Notes: generated from the letters alone by a model not told the origin. A stretch of 64,000 bases of DNA from Eledone cirrhosa (GCA_964016885.1 CAXHJY010000503.1:1-64000); one strand, 5' to 3'; counted from the stretch's first letter, positions 12,469 to 25,248 are shown. Program-made: numbers and translations.

Positions 12469-13780
12469 ATATGAATAAAGTTAGTCCTTCATCAGTGATC
12501 TTCCAACCATCATTGGTATTTCATCGCTTTAAAGACCATATACCTCCGGTTGGTGCGAGCAACGGCTAAAAAAGTCGTTGGGACACGTAAATAAAGGGGA
12601 CACGAGCGTGTAAACAAACAAAGATGGTGAAGCAACGAAAGGTGAAGAAGAAGGAGTCAAGTCCCAAATTTCCATGAATATAAGTTCGGTGAAATCGTGA
12701 ACGAGAGAGAATAAAGACCATCAAACCTGGTTGGAATGTGAGCAAGGAAGGAATTCCGTACAGGTCTAACGGGAGGAAGAAGGGATCTAGTCTGTGAATT
12801 CGGTGGACGTAAGTTCTGTGAAATCGTAGACGAGAGATAGAAAAAAAAGCGACCTGCCTGACCAAGGGTGCGAAAGAAAAGAATTACGCACAGGTCAAAC
12901 GGGAAGAAGGAGGAGGAGGAGAGGTAGTAACAGAGAGTGAGTGAGTGAAGGGTGAGGAAGAGGCTAACAGAGAGAGTGACTGTTAGAGACGGTAAAGATA
13001 CAGAGAAAGAGGAAGCAGTAAGAACGAAATAGACGGGTCACAGCGGAGGAAAAAATATGTGTAAATATGAGAATAAACGTGCTGCGAAGGACTAACTTTA
13101 TTCATATGTAACCCATTAGCAACCACGCAGCACGTTTATTCTCATATTTACACATATTTTTTCCTCCGCTGTGACCCGTCTATTTCGTTCTTACTGCTTC
13201 CTCTTTCTTTGTATCTTTACCGTCTCTAACAGTCACTCTCTCTGTTAGCCTCTTCCTCACCCTTCACTCACTCACTCTCTGTTACTACCTCTCCTCCTCC
13301 TCCTTCTTCCCGTTTGACCTGTGCGTAATTCTTTTCTTTCACACCCTTGGTCAGGCAGGTTCGCTTTTTTTTCTCTCTCTCGTCTACGATTTCACAGAAC
13401 TTACGTTCACCGAATTCACAGACTAGATCCCTTCTTCCTCCCGTTAGACCTGTACGGAATTCCTTCCTTGCTCACATTCCAACCAGATTTGATGGTCTTT
13501 ATTCTCTCTCGTTCACGATTTCACCGAACTTATATTCATGGAAATTTGGGACTTGACTCCTTCTTCCTCATTTTTCGTTGCTTCACCATCTTTGTTTGTT
13601 TACACTCTCGTGTCCCCTTTATTTACGTGTCCCAACGACTTTTTTAGCCGTTGCTCGCACCAACCGGAGGTATATGGTCTTTAAAGCGATGAAATACCAA
13701 TGATGGTTGGAAGATCACTGATGAAGGACTAACTTTATTCATATGTAACCCATTAGCAACCACGCAGCACGTTTATTCTC

Positions 13781-13785
<5 letters not shown>
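12469..13785. mobile_element. Family B element: inverted copy (12469-13086) plus direct monomer with terminal repeat (13087-13785) in (TA)n
   Basis: About 620-bp arms that are near-perfect reverse complements; about 60-bp direct repeat at 13087 and 13724 (637-nt unit); TA runs on both sides. Confidence 0.9.
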
Positions 13786-13821
<36 letters not shown>

Positions 13822-14094
13822 CTATAAATTGGTTAATCAACATACGAAGTTCGATGATCATTAAATTCAGAGCATATTTTATACAAATTTAAAACACTCT
13901 TTTTCATATATCAAGTTTAGAAACAAAAACTAGAATTATGTACATATATATATAGAACAACAACAATAAATGTACTCACTTAAATTATAAATTCTCAGAC
14001 AGCTGTTTCATAGAACACAGAATCTTAAGTTTATAATAGATTTTAATGATTGGTATCAATCACCAATTATCGATTTTTGTAATAGATATCGTCA

Positions 14095-14465
14095 AGATGA
14101 ACGGTATCCGTGCCAACCCTTACCTATGGTCATGAATCTTGGGTAATGACCGAAAGACTACAATCATGAATACAAGCGGCCGAAATAGGGTTTCCACTGA
14201 AGGGTCTTAGCTCGGAGATCAGAGTGTTACTCCAGATAGAGCCGCTCCTTCTCCGAATTGGCCAATCACAGTATGGTTAGAGAATGTCTTAGGAAAGAAT
14301 CGCTGGGAAGATTTTACGGGCAAAACCAGCAGGCAGGAGACCTAGGTTGGTCTCGCTTGTGGATCCAGTCGGATCAGTTGGAGACAGTTGATTTTGACAA
14401 GACCCGCTGGAAGGAGTGTTTGAGGACTCTGCCCACACGACCCCCTCAGAAATAAGTGGACGAAG
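14095..14465 (+). pseudogene. RTE-clade LINE 3' fragment
   Basis: Translates VPTLTYGHESWVMTERLQS*IQAAEIGF (RTE C-terminal motif); the same 3' tail is inverted at 39625-39740. Confidence 0.75.
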
Positions 14466-14550
14466 GAGAAAAAGACGAGCGGGAAAATTTCCAATCAACA
14501 GCGAGCTTAGAGTCTTTTCTATATAATAAATCTCAGATTGTACGTGAAAA

Positions 14551-14616
<66 letters not shown>

Positions 14617-14618
<2 letters not shown>

Positions 14619-14790
14619 GGAAGAGCAAGAATTCCAATGGCGAGCACAGGCGATTAACTTTGTTTCCACAAGTATTTTTAAGGGTAATGAATGCGCGTTT
14701 GGGATTCTACATCTTCCATATACCCACTCTGCATCTCATCATGCATCGAGTACTAACGTGATTTGTGGTCTTTCCAGCCTTCGCACCGTA
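14617..14790 (+). mobile_element. Family G TA-flanked element with conserved bulged stem-loop
   Basis: GGGATT.TACAT...TACCCACTCTGCATCTCATCATGCATCGAGTAC...GATTTGTGGTC is homologous to the minus strand of 45240-45310. Confidence 0.65.
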
Positions 14791-14983
14791 TCGGCGATTG
14801 TCCCCCTTGCTTCTGCTGGACTCCGTCAGACGGCGTTAGCCGCTGGTGTTTGGGGATATCTACGGCTCTTTAAATGTTTATTTTAAACATACCGTATTTC
14901 TTTAGAAATATGAAATTCCAATACATATCTTCTGTATACAACTATGCCTGAAGCTAAATTGTAATTCGATTTTATATATATAA

Positions 14984-15082
<99 letters not shown>

Positions 15083-15908
15083 TCTGTCTGTGTGTTTGTT
15101 TGTCTGTGTGTTTGTTTGTGTGTATAAAAAAGAAAGTGATCCAATTTCAGTTTAATATGTTTTATTCGTAAATCTCTGAAAATAACGAATAAAATATGTT
15201 GAACTGAAATGTCGATCTCTTTTTTAATATAAACTCTCTGCATAATACGCCAATAACAAACATTTTATCGGTGATAATCCACAGTTTTTAACACTAAATA
15301 TCTAATTCACGTAAATACATGAAGTGCTAACACAAGCACTACGTATAGTAACCACAAATTCTATTTTTAAAAAATCTAATCGAATTTACTCAGTAATTTC
15401 CTGGAATTTATTTTCTCAATTACCGAAGAAATGCTGAGATATGAGATGTGATTGATGAGTTGTTAATGGCGAGTGATGTGTGGTGAGTGGATAGTCTCAA
15501 GAAGGCTGTGATGAGAGGCAAGTGGTGATAGAGAGTGGCGAGTGAACGATTTTTACACGTATGTAGTACAAGTGGTGACTGCTGAGTAGCAAATGAAGAG
15601 TAGAATTGTCAATACATGAGGGATGACTGGTGTTTGGCAATTCGTGAACGGCAACTGGTGACTAACATGTTAGCGGCAGGTGAGTGATGAGTACGATTAG
15701 TGAGAGATGGGTGATGAGTTTCTTTTGGGTGGAAGGTCTCTTCTAGCAGCTACATCATCCTTGGAAGGATTTGCACTCTGCACTACGAGGCTACGAAACA
15801 CTAAGTGCTACTGATACATTACGGTGAATTGATACTTGTTGTCCACGTGGGCTATGCCATTTTAGAATTTTTATGATCTTGGACACAGTTATTTTTTTTC
15901 CTTTGATA

Positions 15909-16240
15909 TACTCGAATATTTGCCCCCCTTCGGTTATTAAATTTTGCTAATCTATCTCCGACGAAATTTTATTTTAAGTGGTAGCATTCTTGCGACAATA
16001 AATTTTCTTTAGACATTAAAAAACATTATACATGACAAAACAAAGTACATCACTAGAAATCCCATATGTTATAAAATAAATAGGATAGGTTGAGGTCTCA
16101 ATAAGTAAACTAAACGACTAATTCGGGTTTTTAAAAACATCACGGAAACAACTTAGAACAATTACCACTTATTCCAACTCTACCGCTTATTCCACCCAAC
16201 TCTGTTTATTCCACTCTTGATTATTTGGGACCCGAGAGTA
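15909..16240 (-). mobile_element. Tc1/mariner-type MITE (family with CTCTCGGGTC ends)
   Basis: Ends TTATTTGGGACCCGAGAGTA; the internal AGAATTAGTCGTTTAGTTTAC block is shared with 37071-37398 and 58263-58622. Confidence 0.65.
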
Positions 16241-16581
16241 TTTGTCAGAAGAGCAAAGGCAGCGCTTGTGACTACGTATCCTCCAAGACTGATAAGTGGA
16301 AAGAGGAGAAGAATTTCTCTTTAAACCGAGGGCCTGAGTGTTAGTAACCGAATCAACTCTGTTAAAGGCTCCCAAAGACCATATGTTGGTGTTAAACGGG
16401 CAACAGATTAAATTTACCATCAAAGCACAGGAACTATTCTGTCAATGATCTTCCACACAGTTTTTACTTTCTATCTACCAAATTTCACTTGTACCCGGAA
16501 AAATACCCGCATAACAGGACTGGTAGGGCTTCACATAAAACAGTGTGTTGTAAAACATTGTTTAATTGAAACTATCTAAGC

Positions 16582-16922
16582 CAGGGGTGTGCAACAGGCG
16601 GCCCGCGGGCCACAATCCGGCCTGCCAGACCAGTCAGAGTGGCCCGCGAAGACCGTTTTTAATTTCTACCTCGTAGGCTTATTTAGAATTTTATTCTAAA
16701 TACAATTTTCTGTTAGTTGACCTATACTAAATACCAAGTCTCACATTAATAAAACTAAATTATATTTTATTTGTCTTTATTGTTTAAAAATCTATTCACT
16801 ATGTATTTATGACTTCAATTCACTGGTTTTCATTAGATTACATATTTTTGACAGTTACTGGCCCTAATAGTTGTTCCAATATTTAAAAGTAGCCCGCCAA
16901 TGGAATATGTTGCACACCCCTG
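16582..16922 (+). mobile_element. hAT-type MITE
   Basis: Perfect 15-bp TIR CAGGGGTGTGCAACA/TGTTGCACACCCCTG, subterminal GGCCCGCGGGCC; degenerate 8-bp TSD atctaagc/atagaagt. Confidence 0.85.
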
Positions 16923-17449
16923 ATAGAAGTAATTAGTAGACAAAAGTTTCCTCTAAGAGTGATCAAAATCCTATTCCGTACTCAGCCTCTACTTGTAGTT
17001 TGACAGCCTCCTAGTTTCGTACTTCTTATGGTAGCCGCCATTAAATACACAAGACTAATGTTTATATGTAGATAATGTTTCGAGGGGAAAAAATACACAT
17101 TTAAAAAAAAAATTTTTCGGAAAAAAGATGTGATTTGGGAGAAGTTTGTTGCTATTGACAATGGGTTGATCGAGCACGCAAATGTTCCCATGTTGAAGCT
17201 ATGTTATTCAACAATATTCAATTCCATGACTAGACATCCGATCACCATGTCGATTCGATAGAGAGCTTACTCATACTTTACGATATACATACAATCACAG
17301 ATAATGCATACGCATACGAGCGATCATGTGTATGTATGAGTATAATACTACATACACACATCATACACACACATATATACTCACACACACACACATATAT
17401 ATATGTATGTATTTAGGTATATATATGTACATATAAATATACACACACG

Positions 17450-17520
<71 letters not shown>

Positions 17521-17864
17521 TGTATATACATATATATATACTCATATAAATAAACATTTATATATGTTATGTTTGTATATGGCAGTAAATTTGATTATAT
17601 ATATATATATGTATACAAACATGCAGAAAAATCTATAAGTAAGCAGCATGTATATATAAATCCGCGTGCGAATCAATCCAGGTGTTTTATGATAATATAT
17701 GTCACTATATTTGCCTTTGGTGAAGCAAATTTCTACTTTAATAAATTCAATAATTTCTTTTAAACGCAAAGTTTTAAAATACTAGGCTGCCTGTTGGAGC
17801 GCTTATTCCTCTGCCTGTATATGCATCTATATGTTGGTCTCAAACAAACTGTCTCTCTATCTAT

Positions 17865-18250
17865 CTAACTGATTCTTTTTTTCAAATACCACTTTAGAAG
17901 AAGAATCAGGATGGAGAGAGAGGTGCTGTACCCCAGCAAGTTTTATGAAAGGTGGGTGAAAGTGGCAAAGATGGCCCGAGTGGTTGGGCCTTCTCTCTAT
18001 ATAAGCCTGTAGGTTGAGGAAAAAGAGGAAGAGTGGAAGGGGGTACCCACTCTTCGTACTCCTGGAGATGAGGGTTGCACATTTTTTTCGGGGGTATGTG
18101 TTACCCATATGTAATGTCTCCCCCCTATTAGGGAAAATCGATTAATTTTTAAATTGCATTTGTGATAGTATTGTACACGTTTTTATTGTATGTAAACTTC
18201 CCCCTTTGTATTTGTCCCCTTCTTTTGTGCCCCTGTGGCTAATAAAGAAA
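17865..18250 (+). mobile_element. 3'-terminal fragment of a Tx1-like LINE
   Basis: Clear similarity to 22065-22460 (AGAAGAATCAGGATGGAGAGAGAGGTGCTG...GGTTGCACA...CCCTGTGGCTAATAAAGAAA), followed by (TATC)n. Confidence 0.85.
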
Positions 18251-18252
18251 CA

Positions 18253-18373
<121 letters not shown>

Positions 18374-18389
18374 ATCTATCTTCATTATT

Positions 18390-18472
18390 GTTAAAGATTT
18401 TATATAAAACCCCCGCCGTCACGACTTGTAATGTCCCATTTTTGTACGCCCTTGTGACAAATAAAGAAATAT
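18390..18472 (+). mobile_element. Short 3' tail of a Tx1-like LINE
   Basis: TGTCCCATTTTTGTACGCCCTTGTGACAAATAAAGAAAT followed by (TATC)n. Confidence 0.7.
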
Positions 18473-18475
18473 ATC

Positions 18476-18539
<64 letters not shown>

Positions 18540-18552
18540 TTTTAAGTCTGTC

Positions 18553-21500
18553 CATTAACCGCGTCCTCCTAAAAAACTATCCCACCCCCTCCCCAAACAC
18601 CCTCACAACTCCAAGCTCCCCAACCACACAACACACTGATGCCCCCACACTTCCACAAACCACCACCCCACCCAACAACCCATCCCCCACCCTAATGGAA
18701 ATTGTGCAGCCCGATACCCGGGACGCAGAGAGGTAAGTGCCTTTTCTCTTCACCACCAACATGGCTATGCTAAGAGTAGGCTGTTTAAATGCGCGTGGCC
18801 TGGGCTCAACTTGGAAGCAAGCAATGCTTCTAAATGACCTCAGGTCACAACGTATAGATGTGATGGTTATTTGCGAGGCCCGGATCAGCAACGTGCGACA
18901 GCTGGCCCCCACCTTTGATGACTTTGAGATGCACGCATCTCTCTGTCAGCCCGGAGGTGGGGGTGGAGTTGTCGTTCTGCTGCAAAAACATCTGGGTCTC
19001 GCAACACAGATGGTACATTTGGACCCGGAGGGTCGACTAGTGGTTCTGGACCTTGGCAGTGGTAAAGGCGGAGCGTTTAGGTTGGTAGCCGCCTACGGCC
19101 CTTTCGGGTCAATGCGGCCGGACTTCTTCCATCGTCTGGAGACTTTTCTAGGGACGTCCCGCTCCTTGCTATTAGTGGGGGACTGGAATGGTATCCTAGA
19201 TGCACGCTGGGACTACGTAGGGGCCTGCCCCGATAGAGAGCGGTGTAATAGCCTCAAAGGGTTAATCGGTCGATTTGACCTGGCCGATAGATATCGACTA
19301 GATTTTCCGACTGCGCCAACCTGGACTTGGGCAAATCGTAGCGGATCATCTAGGTCGTACCTAGATAGGTTCTTAGTTAGAATTAAGGATAAGGACTTTT
19401 TAAGTTGTCCAAAAATGCGCATTGTTGGCTATTCAGACCACAAATTAGTGACCTGCATGGTCAACCTTGACAGAACTCATAGACAGGGCCCCGGTTACTG
19501 GAAGCTCAACTTGTCCTTGCCGGCAAGTAGAGCCTACAGGAATCGGATTAGTACGTTAGTTAAGGAACGGTTGACTGGAGCGATCGTCAACAGCAGGTGG
19601 TGGGTATCTCTAAAGAGAGAGATTAGAGTAGTCTCGATAGAATTTAGTAAGGTTCTAGCTGCGGATAGGAATAGGAAGGAAAGGGAGCTAATAGATAGAG
19701 TAGAAGAGGCAATTAGAAGCGGCGACGTGGCCAGAGTGCTAGCGTCGAGAACGGCGTTGAGCCAGTTTTTCGACGCGAAGCACGAAGGCTGCGTTGTCCG
19801 AAGTAAAATACGTGCTCTAGGGAACGAGGGGACCAAAGCTGTTAGCTGGGCCCGCGTGACAGAGGCCAACAGTGGAACTAAATCCACCATCCGGTCTTTG
19901 CAAGACCTGGATGGACGGGCGATTCTTGAGCCTAAGCAGATGTGTGAGGCCTTTCAAAGGCACTTTGCCCGACTGTTCGGGAGGGGCGGGGAGCCGGTTG
20001 GGAACGTGGACTTCGGTCCATACCTCGACGGCCTGCCGCGCCTCTCGGACAGGGAGGCGAAGTCCTGCGAGGAGCCGATTTCGGCCGCTGAGATAGAGGA
20101 CGTGCTGAGCCAATGCGGCAAACGCAAATCCCCGGGTCTCGATGGTCTTCCTTACGAATTATATCTAGCTATGCCGGACTTGTTCCCCGATCTCCTCGAG
20201 GCGGTCTACTGCAACTGGCAACAGAACGGGAGAATTCCCTGTACTGTGACCAAGGGCGTAGTCACGCTAGTGAGGAAGGACGAGAACAAGGGGGACGAAA
20301 TAAGTAACTTCAGGCCCATAACACTGCTAAATACAGAGTTACAGATTTTGGCCAAGGTGCTAGCAAAGAGGTTGGCGCTTGTCGTGGGCAACCTGGTGGG
20401 AGATGCGCAGACATGCGCTATCCCGTCCAGGTCCATCCATGACAACCTCCACCTCATGCGATACATCATAGAGAGGGTTGGGAACGAACCCGGCTTTGGT
20501 GGGGCTCTGATCAACTTGGATCAATCTAAGGCGTTCGATAGGGTCGACCATGGTTACCTGGATGCGGTGCTAGCGGCGGCAGGCTTCGGACCCGTTTTCA
20601 GGGGCTGGATCACTGCTATGCACAGCAGCCGCATCTGCTCTAGGGTCAAGGTGAACGGCTACCTCTCGGAGCCGTTCAAAATCGCGCGGTCCATCCGACA
20701 AGGGTGCCCTCTCTCCTCCCTTCTGTATGTGTTGACTCTCGAGCCACTACTGCGGAAGTTGGAGTTGTTGCAGGGCATCCCTTTGGAACCGGGATTGCGG
20801 AAAGCGGTGTCGGCCTACGCCGATGACGTGACAGTAATGGTGTCGACGGCCTCCGAAATCGAGGCGGTCGGCACCTTACTGGAGGAGTACGAAAAGTTCA
20901 CAGGGGCTAAGCTGAACCGGGACAAGTCGATCGGTTTGCAACTCGGCACGTGGAGGGGCAGACCGATGCCCTCCGATAGCGTCGTCGGACGCTGGACGGA
21001 GGGCCCGGTGAAGTTGCTCGGGGTCTGGTTCGGACCGGACCTCCAGGTGGAGAAAAACTGGGCGGAGGTTACGAACAGGGTGTTTGCACTGACCCAGAAG
21101 TGGGCCAGTTGCAAACTATCCCTGAAAGGTCGGGCGGAGGTGGCGAACACCTACATAGCGTCCGTCATCTACTACCGCCTGACCGTAGTGCCCTGCCCAA
21201 GGGAAACCCTCACCAAGATGGAGCGCGCGCTCTTCCAATTCCTTTGGAAGAGGCGGGCTCCTATGGTGAGGAGATCCATCTGCTGTCAACACCCTTCGAA
21301 AGGAGGGCTGGGGATGCCGTGGCTAATGATTCGTAAACACGCATTAAGGCTACGGCACCTCTACGTATTCCTCACCGGACAACCGGTGTGGGCCTCGTTT
21401 GTGAGACGAACCTTTCCCAAACTCGTCTCACTCACCGAGCTGCAATCCTGGGTCAAGCAAAGACCGAGAAAACTGGGCGCCTGGCACACTGAGTGTGCCC

Positions 21501-22462
21501 AGGCGCTCACCGCCCTCTGGCAGGCGGATCCGGTTATCAGTGGAGACTCCACCGCAACATTCTATAGAGGGCTGGTACGCAGCAGGTGCGACGACGCCCT
21601 CGGAGAAGCCCTAGACATGGAGGAGGACGAACTGGCCAGCCTGTTCGGTAGGACATTCAGCCCGGGACCTATGGACAACTTCCAGAAGTCCCTGGCCTGG
21701 CAGTGCTACCGAGGGGCTTTACCCGTTCGAGAAAGGCTCTACAGACACGGGCGCCCGGGTAGGGACCCCGCCAAAAAGATCTGTCCCAGATGCGTGTGCG
21801 ACGAGGAAACCGTTGCACACGCATTAGTACACTGCTCGGGCGTAGCCGATCTGTGGGGCTATGTCGAACAACTGCTGTCAAGGGTGGGACCGATCCGGTT
21901 GACCACCGAGTCGATTGTAATGATCAAGCCGCCTCCCCCCTTCAAAGATGAAGCAGAGGCGGTGTTTCTGTGCGTAATAGCCATGGCGAAAGAGGTTGTA
22001 TGGTGGACGCGTCTGAAAGGACTGAGGTCGGGCACCTTTCTCTCTGGCCAACAACTGGTCCGTTTCTTCCGATATCATTTCGGAAGAAGGATCAGGATGG
22101 AGAGAGAGGTGCTGCACCCCAGCCGTTTCTATGAAAGATGGGTGAAAGTGGCGAGAATGGCCCGTGTGAATGGGCCTTCACTCTACATCAGACTATAGGT
22201 GAGGAAGATAAAAGACCAAGGGAGCACCCCTTCTCTGTGCTCCTGAGGAGAAGGGTTGCACACTTTTTTCGGGGGTGTGTGCGACCCCCCAAGGCGCCTC
22301 CTCTCTATTGAGGATTTTGTTAAAAATTTTATTTTTTGTTATATCTTATTTTATTTTTATATTTTGTTATTGCCTTCTCCTTATTGAGGACGCCTTTTTG
22401 TGTAAACTCCCCCCTTTGTACTTGTCCCACTTTTGATGCCCTAGTGGCAAATAAAAGAAATA
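18553..22462 (+). mobile_element. Tx1-clade non-LTR retrotransposon, 5'-truncated within ORF1, with 20-bp TSD
   Basis: TATCTATTTTTAAGTCTGTC at 18533-18552 and 22463-22482; Pro/Thr-rich ORF1 end stopping at 18736; ORF2; 3' UTR ending AATAAA. Confidence 0.92.
18761..22198 (+). CDS. LINE ORF2: APE endonuclease, reverse transcriptase and C-terminal CCHC zinc finger (Tx1 clade)
   Basis: LNARGL, E, GDWNG, SYLDRF and SDH (APE); PGYWKLN (Tx1-typical); KSPGLDG, FRPITLLN, DQSKAFDRV, RQGCPLS, YADD and LG (RT); CPRC...HALVHC. Uninterrupted, first ATG at 18761. Confidence 0.97.
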   Translation: MAMLRVGCLNARGLGSTWKQAMLLNDLRSQRIDVMVICEARISNVRQLAPTFDDFEMHASLCQPGGGGGVVVLLQKHLGLATQMVHLDPEGRLVVLDLGSGKGGAFRLVAAYGPFGSMRPDFFHRLETFLGTSRSLLLVGDWNGILDARWDYVGACPDRERCNSLKGLIGRFDLADRYRLDFPTAPTWTWANRSGSSRSYLDRFLVRIKDKDFLSCPKMRIVGYSDHKLVTCMVNLDRTHRQGPGYWKLNLSLPASRAYRNRISTLVKERLTGAIVNSRWWVSLKREIRVVSIEFSKVLAADRNRKERELIDRVEEAIRSGDVARVLASRTALSQFFDAKHEGCVVRSKIRALGNEGTKAVSWARVTEANSGTKSTIRSLQDLDGRAILEPKQMCEAFQRHFARLFGRGGEPVGNVDFGPYLDGLPRLSDREAKSCEEPISAAEIEDVLSQCGKRKSPGLDGLPYELYLAMPDLFPDLLEAVYCNWQQNGRIPCTVTKGVVTLVRKDENKGDEISNFRPITLLNTELQILAKVLAKRLALVVGNLVGDAQTCAIPSRSIHDNLHLMRYIIERVGNEPGFGGALINLDQSKAFDRVDHGYLDAVLAAAGFGPVFRGWITAMHSSRICSRVKVNGYLSEPFKIARSIRQGCPLSSLLYVLTLEPLLRKLELLQGIPLEPGLRKAVSAYADDVTVMVSTASEIEAVGTLLEEYEKFTGAKLNRDKSIGLQLGTWRGRPMPSDSVVGRWTEGPVKLLGVWFGPDLQVEKNWAEVTNRVFALTQKWASCKLSLKGRAEVANTYIASVIYYRLTVVPCPRETLTKMERALFQFLWKRRAPMVRRSICCQHPSKGGLGMPWLMIRKHALRLRHLYVFLTGQPVWASFVRRTFPKLVSLTELQSWVKQRPRKLGAWHTECAQALTALWQADPVISGDSTATFYRGLVRSRCDDALGEALDMEEDELASLFGRTFSPGPMDNFQKSLAWQCYRGALPVRERLYRHGRPGRDPAKKICPRCVCDEETVAHALVHCSGVADLWGYVEQLLSRVGPIRLTTESIVMIKPPPPFKDEAEAVFLCVIAMAKEVVWWTRLKGLRSGTFLSGQQLVRFFRYHFGRRIRMEREVLHPSRFYERWVKVARMARVNGPSLYIRL

Positions 22463-22542
22463 TATCTATTTTTAAGTCTGTCTGTTTATCGATCAGGATG
22501 TGTATGTATGTATGTATGTATGTATGTATGTATGTATGTATG

Positions 22543-22573
<31 letters not shown>

Positions 22574-22859
22574 TATGATATGATATAATACATATACACA
22601 CATATACCGGCAGACATATACACATATATATACAAGCACACATGACACACATATACATACACATACCCAAACACATACCCACACAGGCATACACACAGTC
22701 ACACACACACACACTGACATACACGTACGTGTGCGCGAAACATTGCTACAGCATGGGCACACTCTAATAAATGGAATCAGTAAAAGAATATATTTACTCA
22801 AATATATTAATTATATAAGGATTTCCACACTTCTTTAAATGTATATGTAGGCAACGTAT

Positions 22860-22907
<48 letters not shown>

Positions 22908-22968
22908 GGTGTGTGGGTGTGTGTATGTATATATATATATGTGTGTGTGTGTGTGTATATATATATAT

Positions 22969-23022
<54 letters not shown>

Positions 23023-23044
23023 CATATATATATGTATATATGTA

Positions 23045-23126
<82 letters not shown>

Positions 23127-23435
23127 ATTTCATCGTTATATTTCTCATTGTTTATGGCTACTTATACATTATCGTATGTGTGTATGTGTATGTGAATCTT
23201 TGTATGCGTATGTCTGCTCTGTGTGTGTGTGTGTGTGTGTGTATGTGTACACGTGTGTATCAATGTGTAATGATGTGATACCCAGCCTCCTCTTCCCTCC
23301 ATTTTGAAGCACCTAGCGTGCCGCTTCTTTCCCCTCACATCACAGTTAAGTGCTAAGAAATCGCTGAATCGATCGACTGTGGGAATATCTACATATGTCT
23401 TTCACTTTCTGTTTCTTACATTCTCTCTCTCTCTC

Positions 23436-23474
<39 letters not shown>

Positions 23475-23543
23475 ATTTCTTACTCTCCTCTCTTTCTCTG
23501 TCTCTTACTTTCTCCCTCTTTCTTTCTCTCTCTCTCTCTCTCT

Positions 23544-23610
<67 letters not shown>

Positions 23611-24214
23611 TTCACACACTCTCTCTCTCAATATCTGCCTCTCTTTGCCTTTCTCTTTTATTTCATTCACCCTTTTAATCTGTATTTCTTATTTGCTTAA
23701 CTATCTATCTATTTGTCTATCTATCTGTTTTTCTATCTATCTTTCTTTCTTTCTTTCTATCTATTTATCTATCTTACAATGGTAGCCAAATTCTCTCAAA
23801 TCACATCATAAAATAAAAGTAGTAATAGGACAATGGAGTGCGAGATAGACAAAACTGATAGAATGGTCACGACTGGATCATTCTGATAATACATCACCTT
23901 GATCAAAACTGTCCTGGGACTAAAAACAATTGAGCCAACCAGAATTAAAAGCTTTCAGGTCAATTCATAAATGAAAGCTCGCAAATGTAAAAGCAAACCA
24001 TTACTTCTCTAGGGAAGAATCTGTCCTATATAAAATGTATTCATACCCACCATCAAAAGGTTCTTGGAAAATTACGGAATTTGTAATAGGATGTGTCTCT
24101 CGGGGACAGGAAGTAAATTTTGAATTGTAAGAATAATTTTTAACGCAGGCACAAGGCCATATTTTTGGATGGTCCGACGTTTTACTGATTCTCTGCTCCT
24201 TTTTTGAATTCTAA

Positions 24215-24450
24215 TAATTGTTTCTACTATTGGCACAAGGCCAGCAATTACCCAGTACATTACTGGCATTTTATTTTATCGACCCCCTAATAATGTCTCC
24301 TTATTTTGGTACAAGGTCAACAATTAAGGGGAGGGGAGTGTCGATTATATCGATCAACAGCACTTGACTGGTACTTTATTTTATCGACCTTGGTAGGATG
24401 AAAGGCAAAGTTGACTTCGGTGGTATTGGAATTCAGAATGTAAAGAGCTG
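24215..24450 (-). mobile_element. Two main-family SINE fragments
   Basis: GGCACAAGGCCAGCAATT..ACTGG..TTTATTTTATCGACC..GATGAAAGGCAAAGTTGAC. Confidence 0.75.
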
Positions 24451-24469
24451 GAATAAACTGAAGAAGAGC

Positions 24470-24766
24470 CCCTTCGGTCATGAATGACCATGGGATTTGC
24501 ACCTAGAAAATTTCCCTCCGAGGCATAAGTCCGGGCAAGGTTGTTTATGGAAGACCAGCTGTCGCCCATGCATACCAGCCTCCCCTCTCCACGCCACCGA
24601 TGATGTCCAAGGGAAAGGCTATGGCCGACGAAACAATTTGCCACCAATGACGTCGCAACTCATTTCTACAGCTGAGTAAACTGGAGCAACGTGAAATAAA
24701 GTGTCTTGCTCAAGGACACAACGATCACCCGTTCCGATGATCTAACCACTAAACCATGCACCTTCA
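24470..24766 (-). mobile_element. Second-family SINE
   Basis: CATTTCTACAGCTGAGTAAACTGGAGCAACGTGAAATAAAGTGTCTTGCTCAAGG is identical to 11984-12039. Confidence 0.8.
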
Positions 24767-24854
24767 TGGAATAAATACTGCAAAGACATTTTTCCGACGT
24801 TCTAACGGTTCTGCGAATTCACTAGCCCCTCCCCCTGTTTTTTTAGTTTTCGTA

Positions 24855-24885
<31 letters not shown>

Positions 24886-24887
<2 letters not shown>

Positions 24888-25190
24888 AAGGAAAATAGAC
24901 CGAGGCAGACACATCCGAGCCACGCGAAAAGTGAGAGAGAAAAGGATTTCACACAGGTCAGGCGGGAGGAAGTGAGAGAGGGAGGGTAGCAGAGAGTGAG
25001 TGAGTGAAAGTGTGAGGAAGAGGCCAGCCGAGAGTGTGTGACCAGCAGAGGGGGTGAAAGAAAGCAAGAGGTACAAGGACAGAGAAGGAGGAGAGAGAAA
25101 GAGGATAGCAGTAAGGTGATATAAAAAATACGAACCACAGCGAGGGGAAAAAATATATGTGAATGAAAAAATGGCGTGCTGCGTTGTTGC

Positions 25191-25192
<2 letters not shown>
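24886..25192 (-). mobile_element. Family B fragment between TA runs
   Basis: Homologous to 12860-13086 (CACAGGTCA...GAGTGAGTGAGTGAA..GTGAGGAAGAGGC...CACAGCG...CGTGCTGCG). Confidence 0.75.

Positions 25193-25248
<56 letters not shown>

Noticed and set aside
12566-13647. Near-identical ORFs on opposite strands (12566-12865, 13321-13647)
   Set aside because: By-product of the family B inverted repeat; no recognisable protein motifs.
19213-22117. Short antisense and alternate-frame ORFs within the LINE
   Set aside because: Shadow ORFs of a GC-rich ORF2.
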